This document shows positions 59,126 through 64,000 of a stretch of DNA of 64,000 nt, piece by piece. Location: positions 205,072-269,071 of the forward strand of contig CAVPNL010000012.1 of the NCBI GenBank assembly GCA_963706575.1, in the 5' to 3' direction. The first letter of the stretch is position 1. Each line of letters begins with the position of its first letter. Source of the stretch: an uncultured delta proteobacterium. GTDB taxonomy: Bacteria; Desulfobacterota; Desulfobacteria; Desulfobacterales; JAHEIW01. The notes under the pieces were generated by a model. That model saw nothing but the letters and a program-made list of their open reading frames with translations, did not search any database and was not told the origin of the DNA. The position numbers were made by a program, and so were the translations under genes.

Positions 59126-60473
59126 AAAAATAGAGCGTGACAGAACTAAGATTCTGGTAGTGGATGATTCAGCGCCGACGTTGGAAGTTATCCAAAGAAA
59201 CCTCGAAGCTGCCGGCTATGAAGTCTTCACCGCACCGAGCGTGGAAGAAGCGATTGCCTTCTTGGAACAAAACTCGGTGGATTTAGTCATCACCGATATA
59301 AAAATGCCCAAAATCAGCGGCTTGGAGCTACTTAAATATGTGAATGAAAATGTAAAGGGAACGGAAATAATGATCATCACCGGTTACCCGTCCATTAAAG
59401 GTGCGGTAGAGGCGGTTAAAGATGGTGCTGAAAATTATCTGGTAAAACCCTTTACGGATGAAGAGTTATTGTTGGCTGTCTCTAAGATGCTCGAGAAGCT
59501 GGCAAACCGTCGTGCTGTTGAAGCGAAGCCGTTGCCCAGTAGCCATAATATTATTGGCAATTCCCCGGAAATGCAGCATGTATACCGACTTATTGAAAAG
59601 GCCGCCGCCACTAGAGTCAACGTGTTGGTTTCAGGGGAGAGCGGCACGGGTAAGGAATTGGTGGCACGCGCCATCCATTACAGCAGTAAAACTGGTTCAG
59701 GACCTTTTGTGACTGTCAACTGTACAGCGATTCCAGATAGCCTTCTTGAAAGCGAGCTTTTCGGTCACGTCAAAGGGGCCTTCACCGGAGCGCAAGCCTC
59801 CCGAGCCGGCTTTTTCCAGATAGCCGATGGAGGGACGCTCTTTCTTGATGAAATCGGGGATGCCAGCCTGAGTATGCAAGGGAAACTGCTGCGGGCTATT
59901 CAAAACAAGGAAATTTTCATGGTAGGGTCCAGCCGCGTTCAAAAAATCGACACACGAATCATAGCGGCAACCAATACGGATCTGAACCGTCTCGTCCAAA
60001 AGAGCCTCTTCCGGGAGGACCTTTATTTTCGGCTGAATGTTATCGAAATTTCATTGCCGCCTCTGCACGAACGCGGCGAGGATATTCTGTTACTGGTTCA
60101 GCTATTTATGGAAAAACTTTCAAAAGATATGAATCGCCCGGCGCCCCGGTTCTCAGACAAGGTTCTTCAGATTTTTAAAAATTATCGTTGGCAGGGCAAT
60201 GTCCGGGAGCTTGAAAACCTGGTCCAGCGTCTGGTGGTGCTGGCTGACGGTGATTTTATCGATGTCACGGACCTGCCTGAACAAATGCGATTCAACATCA
60301 ACTGGCGCAAAGGTTTCAACCGGGCCTTAGCTGAGGTTGAGGCGGAACATATTGCCAATGTGCTAAACAGCGTGAAAGGAAACAAAACTAGAGCCGCCCA
60401 GATTCTGGGGATTGACCGCAAAACCCTCCGGGAAAAAATACGGCGGGCAAACCTACCAACCGAAATCGGGTAG
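59115..60473 (+). CDS. Sigma54-dependent (NtrC-family) response regulator
   Basis: Receiver VVDD/TD.KMP; GESGTGKE, GAFTGA, FLDE; Fis-type HTH. Confidence 0.95.
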   Translation: MNHKKIERDRTKILVVDDSAPTLEVIQRNLEAAGYEVFTAPSVEEAIAFLEQNSVDLVITDIKMPKISGLELLKYVNENVKGTEIMIITGYPSIKGAVEAVKDGAENYLVKPFTDEELLLAVSKMLEKLANRRAVEAKPLPSSHNIIGNSPEMQHVYRLIEKAAATRVNVLVSGESGTGKELVARAIHYSSKTGSGPFVTVNCTAIPDSLLESELFGHVKGAFTGAQASRAGFFQIADGGTLFLDEIGDASLSMQGKLLRAIQNKEIFMVGSSRVQKIDTRIIAATNTDLNRLVQKSLFREDLYFRLNVIEISLPPLHERGEDILLLVQLFMEKLSKDMNRPAPRFSDKVLQIFKNYRWQGNVRELENLVQRLVVLADGDFIDVTDLPEQMRFNINWRKGFNRALAEVEAEHIANVLNSVKGNKTRAAQILGIDRKTLREKIRRANLPTEIG

Positions 60474-60645
60474 TTTTTCCCCGACGAGGCATTCCTCCCC
60501 GGTTTTTTCTCTCCCTCATCCATTTCTTCTAAATGCGAACCACCGCAACATCCTTTCTTCTAACCTGATGTATATATCTGATATTTCAACTTATTCAGTT
60601 TAAGGTGCCAAACCGACCGATGTCGTCCAGCCCCCTTTTTCATTC

Positions 60646-60660
60646 TGGCATATGGATTGC
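60646..60660 (+). promoter_or_regulatory. Sigma54 promoter
   Basis: TGGCAT-N5-TTGC directly downstream of a sigma54 activator gene. Confidence 0.8.
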
Positions 60661-60729
60661 TCTATCTAAGTGCAACAATAATTCGTTCTTTCTTTTAACA
60701 TAAGAAACGAAATCCAAAAATGAAGGAGG

Positions 60730-61047
60730 ATGTGTATGAAAGCTCAACCCCAAAATACATATATTTGTCAAACCTGTATTTATGCATCCGAATGCGTTCA
60801 TTATCAAAATAGCCAAATCGTGTGCAAACCGATCTGGTTTTGTGAAAATTTTGATAATAGAACCTCGCTACAGGTGGCTGAAAAGGAGGAGATCAATTCA
60901 GAGGAGCGATCGTCTCAATCTTCCAAGCCCGGCATTGAGGCGATTCCCGGAAGGATGAAAGGGTTGTGTATTAACTGCGACAACCGAGCTTTATGTCTAT
61001 TTCCTATCGTGGAAGGAGGCGTTTGGTATTGCGAAGAATACTGTTAA
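60730..61047 (+). CDS. Small Cys-rich protein with a duplicated CxxCx5C...WxCE motif
   Basis: CQTCIYASEC...WFCENF and CINCDNRALC...WYCEEY; RBS AAGGAGG (start may be 60736). Confidence 0.75.
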   Translation: MCMKAQPQNTYICQTCIYASECVHYQNSQIVCKPIWFCENFDNRTSLQVAEKEEINSEERSSQSSKPGIEAIPGRMKGLCINCDNRALCLFPIVEGGVWYCEEYC

Positions 61048-61205
61048 AAAATAATAGCCAGTCCGATAGAACTTTCCGGCTTGGATTTAAGCCCTGTTTC
61101 AGTAATCGTTAAACGAAACTCGGCAGTTGATATGCCCTAGCGTTCTGCCGATTTTCCGCTAAACAAGGGACTTGAGTCACAGGTAACTAAAAGGAGAATA
61201 CAAAA

Positions 61206-62579
61206 ATGTATAAGACAGCTTTATACAAGGAAGAACAATCGAGCTCCTACGTACAAGAAATATCACAAATGATAAAAAGAAAATATCCCTGGGAAAGAGA
61301 ATATATTCAGGCGGTCGATGAGCTTCTTTCTTCATTGAGTCTGCTGTTTGATCAGGAACCCCTCTATCAACATGAACGTATCCTGGAAAGAATCGTCGAA
61401 CCCGAGCGGATCGTCATCTTCCGGGTGCCTTGGCGCGACGATACCGGTACCATTCATGTTAACACCGGGTATCGAATCGGATTTAACAGCGCTCTCGGAC
61501 CTTACAAAGGCGGCTTGCGGTTCCACGCCTCGGTAACTTTGAGTATACTGAAATTTTTAGGCTTTGAGCAGGTGTTCAAAAACGCCTTAACCGGTCTGCC
61601 CCTGGGTGGTGGGAAAGGTGGCAGCGATTTCAATCCTCGCGGCAAATCCGATATCGAAATCGAAAATTTCTGCCAGAGCTTTATGGTTGGCCTGTACAAT
61701 CATATTGGTCCCAATACCGATGTGCCTGCCGGCGATATCGGTGTAGGTGCCCGGGAAATTGGTTATTTATTTGGTCATTATAAACGTCTTAAAAATGTGT
61801 TTGAGGGCGTGTTGACCGGCAAAGGAATCGACTGGGGCGGTTCCGTTGTCCGACCAGAGGCCACGGGATACGGTGCTGTATATTTTGCCGAAGAAATGTT
61901 GAAGACTCGCGGAGAACACATCGACCGTAAAATAGTGGCAGTTTCAGGCTTTGGAAATGTTGCCTGGGGTGTAGTCAAAAAGATTACGGAAATGGGAGCC
62001 AAGGTAATCACGCTTTCCGGCCCAGACGGGTTTATTTATGACAAAGACGGTGTCCAGGGGGAAAAGATCGATTACATGTTGACCATGCGTTCTAGCGGCC
62101 GTGACAGGGTGCAGGACTATTCCGATAAGTTTAAGGTTGATTTCTATCCGGAAAAACGTCCTTGGGGCGTCAAATGCGACATCGCCTTCCCCTGTGCTTG
62201 TGAAAATGAGATGGATGTAGAAGATGCTAAGGCTCTTGTCCGCAACGGGTGTATGTGCGTCACCGAGTGCGCCAATATGCCTTTAACCCCGGATGCTATC
62301 GAGTTTTTACTTGAAAGCAACATTCTCTATTCTCCTGGAAAAGCATCCAATGCTGGTGGCGTTTCCTGTTCCGGATTTGAAATGGCACAAAACAGCACCA
62401 AAATAAAGTGGACAAAGGAAGAAGTCGATCAAAGATTGCGACAGGTGATGACCGACATCCATCGGAACTGCTTGCAGGCGGCTGAAAGGTATGGCTATCC
62501 TGGCAATTATTTCAGCGGAGCAAATATCGCGGGATTTATAAAAGTGGCAAACGCAATGCTCGACCAAGGCAATACTTGA
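61206..62579 (+). CDS. gdhA: Glutamate dehydrogenase (GdhA type)
   Basis: GPYKGGLRFH, GGGKGGSDF, DVPAGDIG, RPEATGYG, PGKASNAGGV. Confidence 0.95.
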   Translation: MYKTALYKEEQSSSYVQEISQMIKRKYPWEREYIQAVDELLSSLSLLFDQEPLYQHERILERIVEPERIVIFRVPWRDDTGTIHVNTGYRIGFNSALGPYKGGLRFHASVTLSILKFLGFEQVFKNALTGLPLGGGKGGSDFNPRGKSDIEIENFCQSFMVGLYNHIGPNTDVPAGDIGVGAREIGYLFGHYKRLKNVFEGVLTGKGIDWGGSVVRPEATGYGAVYFAEEMLKTRGEHIDRKIVAVSGFGNVAWGVVKKITEMGAKVITLSGPDGFIYDKDGVQGEKIDYMLTMRSSGRDRVQDYSDKFKVDFYPEKRPWGVKCDIAFPCACENEMDVEDAKALVRNGCMCVTECANMPLTPDAIEFLLESNILYSPGKASNAGGVSCSGFEMAQNSTKIKWTKEEVDQRLRQVMTDIHRNCLQAAERYGYPGNYFSGANIAGFIKVANAMLDQGNT

Positions 62580-62664
62580 TTTTTGGCATCACCCCCAGAA
62601 AGGGTGCCAGTATTTAATCTCGGGCCTTTACCCTAAACACAAGGTGTTGGGATAAGATACCAAA

Positions 62665-63132
62665 ATGCAAATCTCACCTGAACAGTTCGAGAGTATCCTG
62701 CCTTGTATGGTGAAGTGGGCGGAAGCCAAAGAAAAGGTTATATTGGAGCATGGCATTGTCCTACCTCCTCAGTATATGGAAGATGCAAGATCGGTCGGCG
62801 TGAGATTTCCGGAAAAAGTTTGGATTTACGAAGTCCCTCGGATACCCATTCCGAAGCATCCAATTTTGAAATCGGCGGTGAAGGCAACTCAACTGATTTC
62901 ATCTACAACGGTTGGACTTTCACTCAGGTACGGAATTTTTATCCATTCAAATTATTCAAATGACCGATATATCATCGTCCATGAATTGGTTCACACCATG
63001 CAATGCGAGAGGCTGGGGGGTTTGTATGCTTTTTTGAAACGATACCTATGGGAGTGCATCGAAATAGGCTATCCGCAGGCCCCAGTGGAGCAAGAAGCGG
63101 TCAGAATTGCCAGTGAGATATGCGGAATTTAG
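62665..63132 (+). CDS. Hypothetical HExxH (zincin-like) protein
   Basis: IVHELVHTMQ...GY..AP.E.EA. Confidence 0.7.
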   Translation: MQISPEQFESILPCMVKWAEAKEKVILEHGIVLPPQYMEDARSVGVRFPEKVWIYEVPRIPIPKHPILKSAVKATQLISSTTVGLSLRYGIFIHSNYSNDRYIIVHELVHTMQCERLGGLYAFLKRYLWECIEIGYPQAPVEQEAVRIASEICGI

Positions 63133-63141
63133 GAGTTCGAT

Positions 63142-63375
63142 ATGGAAATATTCAAAAACAAGACTTCGGGTAAGTACTTCATCGGCATCGATGGTGAAAT
63201 CGGCGAAACAGCACTCATGATTACACCCATAGGCGCGGTAAAAAAACTGGAGCTTCATTTATTTGAGCATTTGGAGACCAGCGATCCAGAAAGCCTGCTT
63301 GCCGATGAATTAATCACAGAGACACAGTTCGAAAAATACGGGGAGTACATGGACACACTGTTACCGGGGAGTTGA
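63142..63375 (+). CDS. Small hypothetical protein
   Basis: 77 aa; RBS AGGAG. Confidence 0.65.
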   Translation: MEIFKNKTSGKYFIGIDGEIGETALMITPIGAVKKLELHLFEHLETSDPESLLADELITETQFEKYGEYMDTLLPGS

Positions 63376-63479
63376 ATTTGACCGCCCACCAAAGGAGGGA
63401 GACAAAGTGAATAGAGATCCTTTCGGCAATCTTCAGGATTGGAAAACAGTTCTCGATCAGCTGGATGATATTGAAAACG

Positions 63480-63545
63480 AAAGGCGTATTGGCCGAGCAG
63501 GTTGATTTGCTGCCAAGAAATCACTGAGTCGCTGGCAATCGCCTG
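63480..63545 (-). pseudogene. Possible Tn3-family transposase C-terminal remnant
   Basis: QAIASDSVISWQQINLLGQYAF resembles the terminal W.HINL.G.Y.F motif of Tn3 TnpA. Confidence 0.4.
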
Positions 63546-64000
63546 CTAAATTTTTAATGGCATCATTGATCTCTAAAATCCATTGAAAGGCTCTATTTAT
63601 ATCAAAAGCGTTAAATTTGACTTCAGAATACCGCCGAGCGAGAATAACTTCATGAATTAATAACCCCCAATATGTATGATAAAATCCATCAACTAAATTT
63701 TTATCGAAGATTGCATATTAGGTATGCGCAACCCACACTTTGGCTGAAGTGTATATAACGGCTATGAACTTACAAATCTCTATTTTTTTAGATAGCTTCA
63801 TCAAATCTTAAAATCACAAATCCTCATCCAAACACCCCTCCCTCTTTAAAAACTCTGGGAAAATTCGGTATTTATTTTTTTGTGAATTTTAAGAACGGAT
63901 ACTTCTGAAATTTTCTGATTTTTTTGAATCGGATATTGTGATATCCATTTAATATCTTTAAAAACGCCAATATGCATGTATTCTCAATCGGTAGTTGGGT

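Overview
Bacterial genomic DNA. Gene content and intergenic repeat style suggest an anaerobic Desulfobacterota/deltaproteobacterial genome (inference). About 1-9.9 kb is an accessory region, AT-rich from about 5.3 kb. It holds a 2.1-kb element with two tyrosine recombinases, bounded by perfect 14-bp inverted repeats and a duplicated 7-bp core (CTCCAAC). The element sits in a repeat that also occurs unoccupied at about 840-925. The same region has a nuclease gene flanked by direct repeats and a three-gene DUF4258/MqsA-like/DUF6941-like toxin-antitoxin locus. From 10-23 kb: small genes, a UGA-readthrough rhodanese selenoprotein, candidate sRNAs, MITE-like repeats, a protease-TPR gene, a dynamin-like GTPase pair, a DEDDh-GIY-YIG fusion and a decayed relative of the recombinase element. 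From 23-36 kb: an amino-acid metabolism cluster (AblB-like acetyltransferase, an internally duplicated KamA-like radical SAM enzyme, amidohydrolase, proline-racemase-family enzyme, PotABCD-like transporter, M20 deacylase). From 36-64 kb: mostly housekeeping genes (nfi, pepP, PBP1b, double-length UvrA, Lon-like protease, sigma54 two-component system, gdhA). No rRNA, intact tRNA or CRISPR array was seen. All family calls come from motif recognition by eye; no database search was run.
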